Below are positions 15,255-23,800 of a DNA stretch of 64,000 nucleotides, one piece after another (within the stretch, counting starts at the first letter, position 1; each line of letters opens with the position of its first letter). The DNA is from an uncultured Bacteroidales bacterium (GTDB lineage: Bacteria > Bacteroidota > Bacteroidia > Bacteroidales > FEN-979). The stretch covers positions 6,751 to 70,750 of the forward strand of contig CAIYJU010000135.1 of NCBI GenBank assembly GCA_903926565.1. Reading direction: 5' to 3'. A program made the translations under genes and the position numbers. Below the pieces are notes generated by a model. That model made no database searches, was not told where the DNA came from, and saw only the letters and a program-made list of their open reading frames with translations.

Positions 15255-16646
15255 TTAATCTTCGCTTTTATTCCCCGGAATATTGTACTTTTTCATTTTC
15301 CGGCTCAGGGCATCGCGGTGTATTCCGAGGGCATCTGCTGCAGCCTGCTGGTTGAACTTGCAAGCCAGCAGCACCTTACGGATCATCTTTATCTCAATCG
15401 TTTTCAAATTTGCTGAATCTGCCTCAGGAACATGCAATTCCGGCTTCGGTCCGTTAAGCGGGAAATCACGGACTTCAAGCCTGTTGCCTTTGCACAGGAT
15501 GGCTGCTCTTTCGACCAGGTTTCTAAGTTCCCGCACATTTCCGGGAAAATCGTATTTCACGAGCACATCAACGGCCTCCTTCGAAACATGGAGGGCAGGT
15601 TTGCTGAATTTCGAGGCATACACTTCAATAAAATAGTTCAGGAGAGGCTTGATATCTTCTGGTCTCTCCCGTAATGCCGGGATGTGAATGTGCAGTGTAT
15701 TGAGCCGGTGGAGGAGGTCGAGCCGGAATTTCTTCTTTGCAACCCTCTTATTAATATCGTGATTGGTTGCTGAAATAATGCGGAAGTTGGTCCGGATCTG
15801 GGCAGTATCGCCAACACGGGTTATCACCTTCTCTTCAGAAGCGCGCAGGATCTTTGCCTGAAGGTTGAGTGGCATATCCGCAATTTCATCCAGGAAAAGT
15901 GTCCCCCCGTTGCATACTTCAAAAAAACCCATTTTATCGGAGACGGCACCGGTAAATGAGCCTTTCTTATGACCAAAAAATTCACTTTCAAGAAGTGTTT
16001 CGGTAATGGCGCTGCTGTTTACCGCACCAAAAATATGATCTTTCCTGTTACTCGAATAGTGTATGATCCTTGCTATGTTCTCCTTGCCAGTTCCACTCTC
16101 CCCGGTAATCAGCACATTGGCATCAGGGTAATTCGCTGCTGCAAGGGCACTTTCAAAAACCTCGAGGATCCGGGGACTGACACCAATAAACTGCCGGTCG
16201 ATTTTCTCTTCAAGGGACTTCGAGATCAATGAGTTCTTCTCCTCCATCTGCTTCAGCCGTCGCTGCATCTGAAGATATTTCTGCGTCCGTTCTATGGCAA
16301 TCTGTATGTCAAGAAACCTGAATGGTTTGCGCAGGTAATCGAATGCCCCGAGACGCATGGCCTTGATTACGGTATCCATGTCACCGTGTGCAGAGATGAC
16401 GATAACCTCCATGAAAGGATAGTCACTTTTTACCTCTTTCAGAATATCGAGTCCATTCACACCCGGCAGGCGCACATCGAGGATGAGCAGGTCAATTGCG
16501 TGGATACTCATGATTTTTTTTCCTTCTGCAGCCGTGTTGGCCTCATACGAATCAAATTCCGAATCGACGAAAAATCCGCTTAACTCTTCCGTAAATTGCT
16601 TTTCATCGTCGAGGATCAGGATCTTGATCTTATTTTTCGCTTCCAT
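15255..16646 (-). CDS. sigma54-dependent Fis-family response regulator (NtrC-type: REC + AAA+ + HTH)
   Basis: 463 aa. REC domain (ILILDDE...DLLILDVRLPG), sigma54-interaction core (GESGTGKENIARIIH, GSFTGA loop, FLDEIADM) and C-terminal HTH (QQAAADALGIHRDALSRKMKKY). Confidence 0.92.
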   Translation of the reverse strand: MEAKNKIKILILDDEKQFTEELSGFFVDSEFDSYEANTAAEGKKIMSIHAIDLLILDVRLPGVNGLDILKEVKSDYPFMEVIVISAHGDMDTVIKAMRLGAFDYLRKPFRFLDIQIAIERTQKYLQMQRRLKQMEEKNSLISKSLEEKIDRQFIGVSPRILEVFESALAAANYPDANVLITGESGTGKENIARIIHYSSNRKDHIFGAVNSSAITETLLESEFFGHKKGSFTGAVSDKMGFFEVCNGGTLFLDEIADMPLNLQAKILRASEEKVITRVGDTAQIRTNFRIISATNHDINKRVAKKKFRLDLLHRLNTLHIHIPALRERPEDIKPLLNYFIEVYASKFSKPALHVSKEAVDVLVKYDFPGNVRELRNLVERAAILCKGNRLEVRDFPLNGPKPELHVPEADSANLKTIEIKMIRKVLLACKFNQQAAADALGIHRDALSRKMKKYNIPGNKSED

Positions 16647-16654
16647 GATGCCAG

Positions 16655-19600
16655 TTACAAGTGACTTGTCAATAATATTTTAACAATTGTTCCATGCATT
16701 TTGTTACTCACAACCTCAATGGTTCCTCCCATTGATTTGATTATCTGATAACAGATCGACAGCCCGAGCCCGGTTCCCTTTCCTTCATCTTTGGTCGTAT
16801 AAAAAGGGAGCATGATGTTGCTTATGTCGTCGGTGCTGATACCAATGCCATTGTCGGCGACTTCAACGATCAGATATCCATTCTCACTGTACGACCTGAT
16901 GTCAACAATCAGTTCACGCGCAGTTCCTTCATGGCCTTTGATGTCGATCACTGCATCTTTGGCATTTACGAGGAGGTTAATCATTACCTGTTCAAATTTA
17001 TACGTATTGCCATGTATCTGAGGAAGGTCCCTGTCAAGCTGAAGGTCCAGTGATATTCCAAGATGCTTGAACTGTTCGGCAATCATTGAAACGGCATTTT
17101 CGATGCTTGAGTTAATGTCAAAGGCTGTCAATAAATAATCATCCTGCGTTCTCGAGAATGTCCTGACATGGTCAATGATGTTTCGTATCCTGGTAATATT
17201 GTCAAAAATCTTTTCTGATTTTTTTACCAGGAAGTCCTGATCCTCACTTCCGGTTTTCGCCTTCTCAAATAAAATTTTATCCATGACCATTGATATGATA
17301 TTCAATGGCTGGTTGATTTCATGGGCGATGCCGGCTGCCATTTCGCCCAGGTTGGCCATCCTGTCGGAATGCATCAGCTTGGTTTCCATTTTTTTACGCT
17401 GGGAAATATCGCGGATAATGATCATAAAGGATAGCGGAGTGCCATCCTGACTTTGTATCAGTGTGGTGCTTATTTCAGCCGGAAACAACGTGTTGTTCCT
17501 CTTTCTTATTTTGAGTTCAATATTTTGTGCGAGCCCTTCATTGATTGTCTTTTCATATAAATCCCGAAACACCCTTCTTTCTTCTGATGGAACAAATGAC
17601 AGGCAATTTTTCCCCACCAGGTCATTCCGGGTCATGGCCCCGAATATTTCCAGCCCGATTTCAGAGGCTTCGCTGATAATTCCCCGGAGGTCGATCAAAA
17701 GAATGCCATCCGGAGAAGCATTCAGCATTGTTCTGTATTTTTCGTCACTCACCTTCCTGGCCTGCTCTTCTCTCTGGAGATCGGTGATATCCAGTGAGAT
17801 TCCAAGCAAATATTCAGGCTCACCCTGATCATCGAACATCGGCATCTTCTGCGTGTGCAATATCCGCACTCCTTTGTGCCTTGTCTGAATAGGCTCCTGG
17901 GGGATATCGGTCAACCTCTTATTGCTGAGAGCCTCGCGGTCTTTTTCCACAAAACCTGCCGCAGTTTCCTTCGGAAGGAAATCAAAGTCACTTTTACCCA
18001 CAAGCTCTTCCTGGGTAAAACCCAGAAGTTCCTCTCCCGCACGGTTGATCCTTACGAAACGCAGATCCTTTGCGTCCTTGATGAAAATCATGTCAGGAAT
18101 ATTATCAATGACCGAATCGAGAAAGCCGTTCACCCTGCGTATCTCTACCTCTGCCTGCTTTCGCTCTGTAACGTCGTGGACAACGGTATACCGGTATTTT
18201 TTCTCCTGGATGTTTATAATTTCAGCAGAGAGCATTACATGTTTGACGTCACCGTTCTTTGCAACCAGGTTCGTTTCAATGTTCATTCCATGCCCTTTAT
18301 CGGCGATCGATTGCAACAATTGGTTTCGACTGTCAACAGTTAAAATGCCCAATTCAAGGGGGGTTTTCCCTATAACTTCTTCTTTGACGAACCCGAGAAG
18401 CCTGCTAAACGCTTCATTTACCTCTATATATTTGCCCGTGATATAATCGTCGAGTCCGCAGGCCGAGGGATTGAGATAAAACACTTTTGAGAATTTCTCC
18501 TCCGACAGCTTGATCTGTGTGATGTCCTTGCTGACACCATAAATTGCCGGTTTCCCATTCCAGTGCCCCTTTGAAATCCTTGTTTCAACTTCAATCCGGA
18601 ACCCCGATTTGGCCATGATCGGGACATTGCAGTAGTCAACTTCTCCACGAAGCATCCCGGCTATAATTTTGCCTGCCTCCTTACGGAGTTCGGGCGGATG
18701 AACCATCAGCACCGATTGTCCGGTCAGTTCTTCCGGAGAGTAGCCAAGTCTTTGTATGACGGTGTTGTTGCAGTGTATAATAGCACCCTGTCCGTCAAGA
18801 ACAAAAAGGAAATCATCGATCGCATTAAAAAAGGTTTCAAAATTGTGATGCATTTGTTGCAACAGGACTTCGGTTTGCTTGCGTCCGGTGATATCGATCA
18901 CATTCATCAGGCATTGATTGTCTTGTCCGACAGTAATGCCTTCAACGTGGACATATTTTGGCCGTTCGCCTCCTGCTTCAAGGATTAGTTCGCATACCTG
19001 TTTTGAATTACTCTTAAAAACGTTCCTGAAAAAGAGATTGAAGGCCGGGAGTGTATTTCCTGAGACAACCCGGTCGAAACGGGTGCCCAATAATTTGGAC
19101 CGGTCACTTGCAAGCATTCGTGTCCCGCTGTAATTGAGATCCTGGATCACTTTGCCCTTTGACAGCGTAAAATAGGCTGACGGAGCAAAATCGTAGAGTT
19201 CTGAATATTTCAGGGAGGTAGCTTCCACCCTGGAATTTGCCTCCAGGAGTTCATCATTCTGCAGTTCCAGTTCAACCTGGTGACTCCTTAAGTTTTCCTC
19301 CATCTCTTTGCGCCGCGTGATGTCAATGGTAAAGCAAAGAAAGAGGTTATCAGAAAGCCTGGTGGCTTCAAGCACCCACCAGCGCAGCTCGCCGCTTTTA
19401 CGCCTGACAAAGATATCCGCCTGTAATGAGCCGTTAGTGATAAGGCTGTTCAAATGAGCCAGCCAATTCAGTTGTGAACTTTCGGTAAGGATATCCGGGA
19501 CAGACAGGGTTAAGAGTTCTTCGGAGGAGTATCCGCTCATTGCACAGGCAGCAGGGTTCACTTCGATGTAATTTCCTTTTTCATCCAGGATAAAAACACC

Positions 19601-20059
19601 GTCAGGGGCATGATCAATATAGCGTTTGTATCTCTGTTTACTTTGCTCCAGCGAAGAACTCAGCGTATCAAATCCCCTCCTTTTCGAAGCCTCCCTGAGT
19701 TCCTTCTCTACAATTGTGATGAAACGGGACATCTTCCCCTTTACCAGGATATCATGCACACCGGCTTTGACTAACTCTACTGCTTTTTCCTCTCCGATCG
19801 TTCCTGAAATGACGATAAACGGGATGTCAATTCCATGTGCATAATAGATTTCGAGTGCAGACTGAACACTGAAACGGGGCATGGAATAATCAGACAGAAT
19901 AATGTCCCAGTTGCCCCGGTTTAGCGCGATGGTCATCTGCTCACCATTCTCAACCCGCTCATAATGTACGTTATAGCCAGATGTACGCAGAATCCTTATG
20001 TTCATCTCGGCATCTGCCTGGTTGTCTTCAATAACCAGCACATTGAGTTTTTTATCCAT
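16655..20059 (-). CDS. hybrid sensor histidine kinase: N-terminal REC, multiple PAS/PAC, HisKA, HATPase_c
   Basis: 1134 aa. REC domain (VLVIEDNQADAE...ILSDYSMP). Several PAS-like blocks, each ending in ..DIT.RK..E. H-box GIAHEINQPLN and ATP-binding region GTGLGLSICYQII. 8-nt gap to the response-regulator gene. Confidence 0.9.
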   Translation of the reverse strand: MDKKLNVLVIEDNQADAEMNIRILRTSGYNVHYERVENGEQMTIALNRGNWDIILSDYSMPRFSVQSALEIYYAHGIDIPFIVISGTIGEEKAVELVKAGVHDILVKGKMSRFITIVEKELREASKRRGFDTLSSSLEQSKQRYKRYIDHAPDGVFILDEKGNYIEVNPAACAMSGYSSEELLTLSVPDILTESSQLNWLAHLNSLITNGSLQADIFVRRKSGELRWWVLEATRLSDNLFLCFTIDITRRKEMEENLRSHQVELELQNDELLEANSRVEATSLKYSELYDFAPSAYFTLSKGKVIQDLNYSGTRMLASDRSKLLGTRFDRVVSGNTLPAFNLFFRNVFKSNSKQVCELILEAGGERPKYVHVEGITVGQDNQCLMNVIDITGRKQTEVLLQQMHHNFETFFNAIDDFLFVLDGQGAIIHCNNTVIQRLGYSPEELTGQSVLMVHPPELRKEAGKIIAGMLRGEVDYCNVPIMAKSGFRIEVETRISKGHWNGKPAIYGVSKDITQIKLSEEKFSKVFYLNPSACGLDDYITGKYIEVNEAFSRLLGFVKEEVIGKTPLELGILTVDSRNQLLQSIADKGHGMNIETNLVAKNGDVKHVMLSAEIINIQEKKYRYTVVHDVTERKQAEVEIRRVNGFLDSVIDNIPDMIFIKDAKDLRFVRINRAGEELLGFTQEELVGKSDFDFLPKETAAGFVEKDREALSNKRLTDIPQEPIQTRHKGVRILHTQKMPMFDDQGEPEYLLGISLDITDLQREEQARKVSDEKYRTMLNASPDGILLIDLRGIISEASEIGLEIFGAMTRNDLVGKNCLSFVPSEERRVFRDLYEKTINEGLAQNIELKIRKRNNTLFPAEISTTLIQSQDGTPLSFMIIIRDISQRKKMETKLMHSDRMANLGEMAAGIAHEINQPLNIISMVMDKILFEKAKTGSEDQDFLVKKSEKIFDNITRIRNIIDHVRTFSRTQDDYLLTAFDINSSIENAVSMIAEQFKHLGISLDLQLDRDLPQIHGNTYKFEQVMINLLVNAKDAVIDIKGHEGTARELIVDIRSYSENGYLIVEVADNGIGISTDDISNIMLPFYTTKDEGKGTGLGLSICYQIIKSMGGTIEVVSNKMHGTIVKILLTSHL

Positions 20060-20129
20060 TGTATTACCTATAATACAGAATGATCATTTTTCCCGCCAGG
20101 CAAACTCCCTTTTGGCTGTCTATTTGCAA

Positions 20130-20137
20130 CAAAGGTA
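20130..20137 (-). promoter_or_regulatory. candidate -7 box (TACCTTTG) for the kinase/regulator operon
   Basis: The minus strand reads TACCTTTG (TAnnTTTG) about 70 nt upstream of the kinase ATG at 20059. Confidence 0.25.
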
Positions 20138-20209
20138 TTTCTTTACGGGGATTGAAGGGTTAAAATTCAGAAAAACTTCAAGTGGCTTCCTGGAAATCAA
20201 TGCTGCAGG

Positions 20210-23200
20210 CTATCTATCCTGTAACTCCATGAGCAGGAACTTAGTCTCGTAAGGTTTGAAAGCCAGCCAACAGGTGTGGAACATTAACCCGGCATCTGAG
20301 TTCCGGTCCCAGATTTTCAGGATCGGCTCTTCCAGCACATTGACCTCGGTTGCTGACCTGGCATGAACAGCAGATGCAAGCGTGGTGGAAGAGAGCCGCA
20401 TATCTTCGATCGGAATTGAATCATACTTGCCGGTAGTTTCACGAAGTTGAAATATGACCCCTTTCCCATTTGCCGACGGGCGGGCTGAAATAAGAGCAAG
20501 GTTATTCAACGTACTGGAAAAGAACGACCTGGGAATAAGTGCCGAATCAGACCCTGCCGAAGCAGGAAAAACCCTGGGCAGAAAAGGGATCCGGTTTTCC
20601 ATCCCGAACCTTGTGGCGAGGGTGTTTGAAGGATTGGCCCCCGATGTAACCTGGTAACTCCATTTCAGCTCGCCCTCCTGGCTGGCCAGGAAATTGGTTG
20701 TCCAGTAATTATTTAACACCCATGAAAAAATTTGTCCTGACGCGGGGTAGCTCATCCCCCCCTCCCTTCTTGGGGAGGGGCCGGGGGTGGGGTCATGAAA
20801 TCCTGGAAAGGGGCCGGGGGTGGGGTCTGGTAACCCGGGGGTGGGATTATTCCCCCTGAAAAACTTCCCCAGATTAATATCGCCCAGCTGCACCAGTGGG
20901 ATCTCCGGTGAAACAAAAACAACCTGCCCGCTGTCACTCCGAAGGGAGACAAAATTCTGAATGCCGGTCCAGTCGCTTGCCGACCCTTCGAGTTGTTCTT
21001 TCCCCGGAACCATGGTGCCTCCGGCTACTTCGGCAACATGATGACTTTTTTCCAGCTTAAATGGAAATGCAACGTAAACACCTTCAGGGTCTGTGACGGC
21101 AAGTTTCTTCATAGAGTAGCACAATTCGACCTTCTTTTCAAGATTGTACAGCCTGATTTCGCATCGGATCCCTGACGGATCTGCACACCCTTCCATTTGT
21201 CCTGACAGGATGATGCTCTGCCAGACCGGCCCCGGATGGATCGCACCCACCTTCAGATTGCTCCAGGTCTTTCGCGTAAACTCGTCAAGCTTATGTTGTT
21301 CCAGCTGGCCGCGGTTTTTTCCGAGGCGTTCATAAATAAATTCCCCGAGGGAGTATTTCGCGGAATTATCGATGATTTCCATCTTCCATTCCTTGTCATA
21401 AAACCCGGTAATTTTACTTGTCACCGGATCAAATGTTAACCGGTAATACTCATTTTCAAGGGTTCCACTGAAGGGTTTTTCCGCCAGGGGTTCCCTTGTT
21501 TCCCAGTCAACAGCGATCCTGTATACGGCATAACCCAGGGGTGGAATATCCTTCACATCGAGCATCCACCAGGTCCCCTCCTCACGGGTCGATACCTGCT
21601 GAAGCGCCATCACCTGGCTGCCTGCATCAAGGATCCTGAATTCTTTGTCCTTTGGCAGCAACTGGTGGTCTATATAAACCATCACCCCGCCGGAACGTCT
21701 CCAGTTCAGGGTATTGAAAACCGCGATGGTCGGATAACCCGAACGCGGAATGTATGGCTGCACCTGTCCCATCACATCTTCGCGCAGTATGTGGTTTTTC
21801 TTTACGGCACTCCAAACATAAGATTCCTTTTCACCCAGTTGCACCACGCTGTTTTCACAAAGCGGATCGGTGATACTCTCTGCCGCTCCGAAAGTATGTT
21901 CGTCATAAAATGCAATATCATCCGTGATCTGCTTCCGGAGTTCAACCAGGTGATTGTTCTGAGGCACTCCCATCATGGCGCTGACCGACATAAGTCCTTC
22001 GTTCGCAATGTAACCGGCGTGGGCTGAACGGGCATAAGCAGTCTGGATGGCAGCAGATCCGAAGCCATCCATCCACCAGTCGGGCCAGGCGCCGCGAATT
22101 ACGGGTAACTCACCGGCATGGTTCACCTTCATATAATCCATGAATTCAGAAATGGTGGCAAGCCGGAGTTTCGGCCACACATATTCCCTGTTCCACTGCT
22201 CCACCAGGGAACAGGCTGTGGTGGAAGGTGGTGAATTATCGGTAAGGTACCCGCTGAATTGTATCGCGTAATGATCGTAAGCATAACCTTTTAACGTTAT
22301 GTCCTGCAAATGCTGAAACAATCCTTTGCTGAAGGTTTCCGGGCTGCCAAGAATCCCGAGGCTGTTGGCCCACATGTAATGTTCGGGACGGTTAACGAGG
22401 ATCCGGTTTCCGGATGGCGATTCCCACCAAAAGGTGGTTGGCTTATCAAATGGTTTGTCTGCCCTGTGTGTATTTTGGGCCATATTCAGAAATTCGACCC
22501 CTGCACCGGAAAGGTAGTCAGTCAAACACCAGGGCACTCCGTTGATGTCGCTCTGCATGGCGGCCCTCACGGTAAATCCCTTATCACGCATCTCCTTTAT
22601 TGGCTGAAGTGTCGCAGCGATCATGGTTTCATCGGCAAGATCGGAGGAGTTCAGGAACAAACCGGTCAGTTCGACACGTCCCTCCTTTACCCTGCGTTTC
22701 AGGCGTTCAACCTGTAATCCCGGCCTTGTCAGAAGATACTCCCTTACCGCCCAGGATGTTTCACATGTCCAGCGAAACCTGGCATCATCCGGAAGAGAAT
22801 CAGTCTGATCGCAGAAATCGAGGGCATAATCAATGTATCTCAGGTGGTCGGGCAGAATCTCCGTTTGCGGGCGGGTGTACCCGATGTCGGTGTGGGTGTG
22901 CTGAACGAGGTAAATGGTGAATTGCCGGACAGGTGTGATGGTGAAGTTCCGGGTGAATGACGCTTCTCCGTTCAATTCAACGACTGCCGTATGTTCGCCC
23001 GCAGGAGTGGTTTCAGGAAGGAGGACTTTCACCTCGTTGAAGCCGGTTTCAAGGTTCAACTTAACTTTCGGGCCACCAGCGATATCAAGTGTGCCTGATA
23101 CAGGTTCTCCCAGATGAACAAACTGAAAAAGCACCGGGATCATATTCCCTTCGGGGTGCCGGACAAGGGCAGGCACCTGCTTTATCATAAGTTTTTCCTC

Positions 23201-23749
23201 CACTCCTGCTTCAAAGGTCATATACCATGATCTGCTTTCTTTCGACTCTCCTACGATGCGGATCTGTTGCGGCTTTCCCTTTTCGGTATAGGATGCAGGC
23301 AGGGTGAGTATGGCATATCCCATCAGATCACCATATTTATCAAGCATGGTGGTTTTAAAGAGCAGGGATGAACCACTGACGCCATCCACCACCCAGGTTT
23401 TCATCTCTGAGGTGAGTGGATTTGAAAAACCGAGCAGGTATTTTCCATTCACATATAACTTAAATTTGTGACTGTCGGTATTTGCATCAATGCCAAACAA
23501 CCAGATCAGCTTCACCTGATGCCCGGTATAACCTGCAGGGATCGTTTCACTCTGCCATTCAATATATTGTACCGAGTCGATGGAACGCAGCAGGAGTGAT
23601 GAAGTGACATCCGGCTGGGGGGAATGATATTGGAAACCACCGCCTTTTACAGATTTTGCATATCCCTTGAAGTACCCGTTCCATGTAACCTTTTGCGCCA
23701 TCATCAACATCGGGATTAACATGGCAAGGGTAACAACAAACTTTCGCAT
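20210..23749 (-). CDS. glycoside hydrolase family 38-like (alpha-mannosidase-type) secreted protein
   Basis: 1179 aa. Signal peptide (MRKFVVTLAMLIPMLMMAQ) and a GH38-type metal-site region (IYLVQHTHTDIGYTRPQTE). Carries an unusual Pro/Gly insert near the C-terminus (see repeats). Confidence 0.78.
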   Translation of the reverse strand: MRKFVVTLAMLIPMLMMAQKVTWNGYFKGYAKSVKGGGFQYHSPQPDVTSSLLLRSIDSVQYIEWQSETIPAGYTGHQVKLIWLFGIDANTDSHKFKLYVNGKYLLGFSNPLTSEMKTWVVDGVSGSSLLFKTTMLDKYGDLMGYAILTLPASYTEKGKPQQIRIVGESKESRSWYMTFEAGVEEKLMIKQVPALVRHPEGNMIPVLFQFVHLGEPVSGTLDIAGGPKVKLNLETGFNEVKVLLPETTPAGEHTAVVELNGEASFTRNFTITPVRQFTIYLVQHTHTDIGYTRPQTEILPDHLRYIDYALDFCDQTDSLPDDARFRWTCETSWAVREYLLTRPGLQVERLKRRVKEGRVELTGLFLNSSDLADETMIAATLQPIKEMRDKGFTVRAAMQSDINGVPWCLTDYLSGAGVEFLNMAQNTHRADKPFDKPTTFWWESPSGNRILVNRPEHYMWANSLGILGSPETFSKGLFQHLQDITLKGYAYDHYAIQFSGYLTDNSPPSTTACSLVEQWNREYVWPKLRLATISEFMDYMKVNHAGELPVIRGAWPDWWMDGFGSAAIQTAYARSAHAGYIANEGLMSVSAMMGVPQNNHLVELRKQITDDIAFYDEHTFGAAESITDPLCENSVVQLGEKESYVWSAVKKNHILREDVMGQVQPYIPRSGYPTIAVFNTLNWRRSGGVMVYIDHQLLPKDKEFRILDAGSQVMALQQVSTREEGTWWMLDVKDIPPLGYAVYRIAVDWETREPLAEKPFSGTLENEYYRLTFDPVTSKITGFYDKEWKMEIIDNSAKYSLGEFIYERLGKNRGQLEQHKLDEFTRKTWSNLKVGAIHPGPVWQSIILSGQMEGCADPSGIRCEIRLYNLEKKVELCYSMKKLAVTDPEGVYVAFPFKLEKSHHVAEVAGGTMVPGKEQLEGSASDWTGIQNFVSLRSDSGQVVFVSPEIPLVQLGDINLGKFFRGNNPTPGLPDPTPGPFPGFHDPTPGPSPRREGGMSYPASGQIFSWVLNNYWTTNFLASQEGELKWSYQVTSGANPSNTLATRFGMENRIPFLPRVFPASAGSDSALIPRSFFSSTLNNLALISARPSANGKGVIFQLRETTGKYDSIPIEDMRLSSTTLASAVHARSATEVNVLEEPILKIWDRNSDAGLMFHTCWLAFKPYETKFLLMELQDR
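20756..20846. repeat. GC-rich palindrome plus 18-nt direct repeat lying in frame inside the GH38 gene
   Basis: An 8-bp stem, cccctccc (20759-20766) / gggagggg (20773-20780). The 18-mer ggggccgggggtggggtc occurs identically at 20777-20794 and 20810-20827, with a partial third copy at 20833-20846. It encodes NPTPGLPDPTPGPFPGFHDPTPGPSPRREGG. Confidence 0.85.
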
Positions 23750-23800
23750 CGGAAATTCTATTTATGGGTAAAATCGTCTGAAATGGCCTGCAATTGATTT

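Noticed and set aside
15114-15416. 100-aa plus-strand ORF spanning the gvpA leader and the 3' end of the regulator gene
   Set aside because: It overlaps the well-supported response-regulator gene in antisense, starts in an A-rich tract, and has no motifs.
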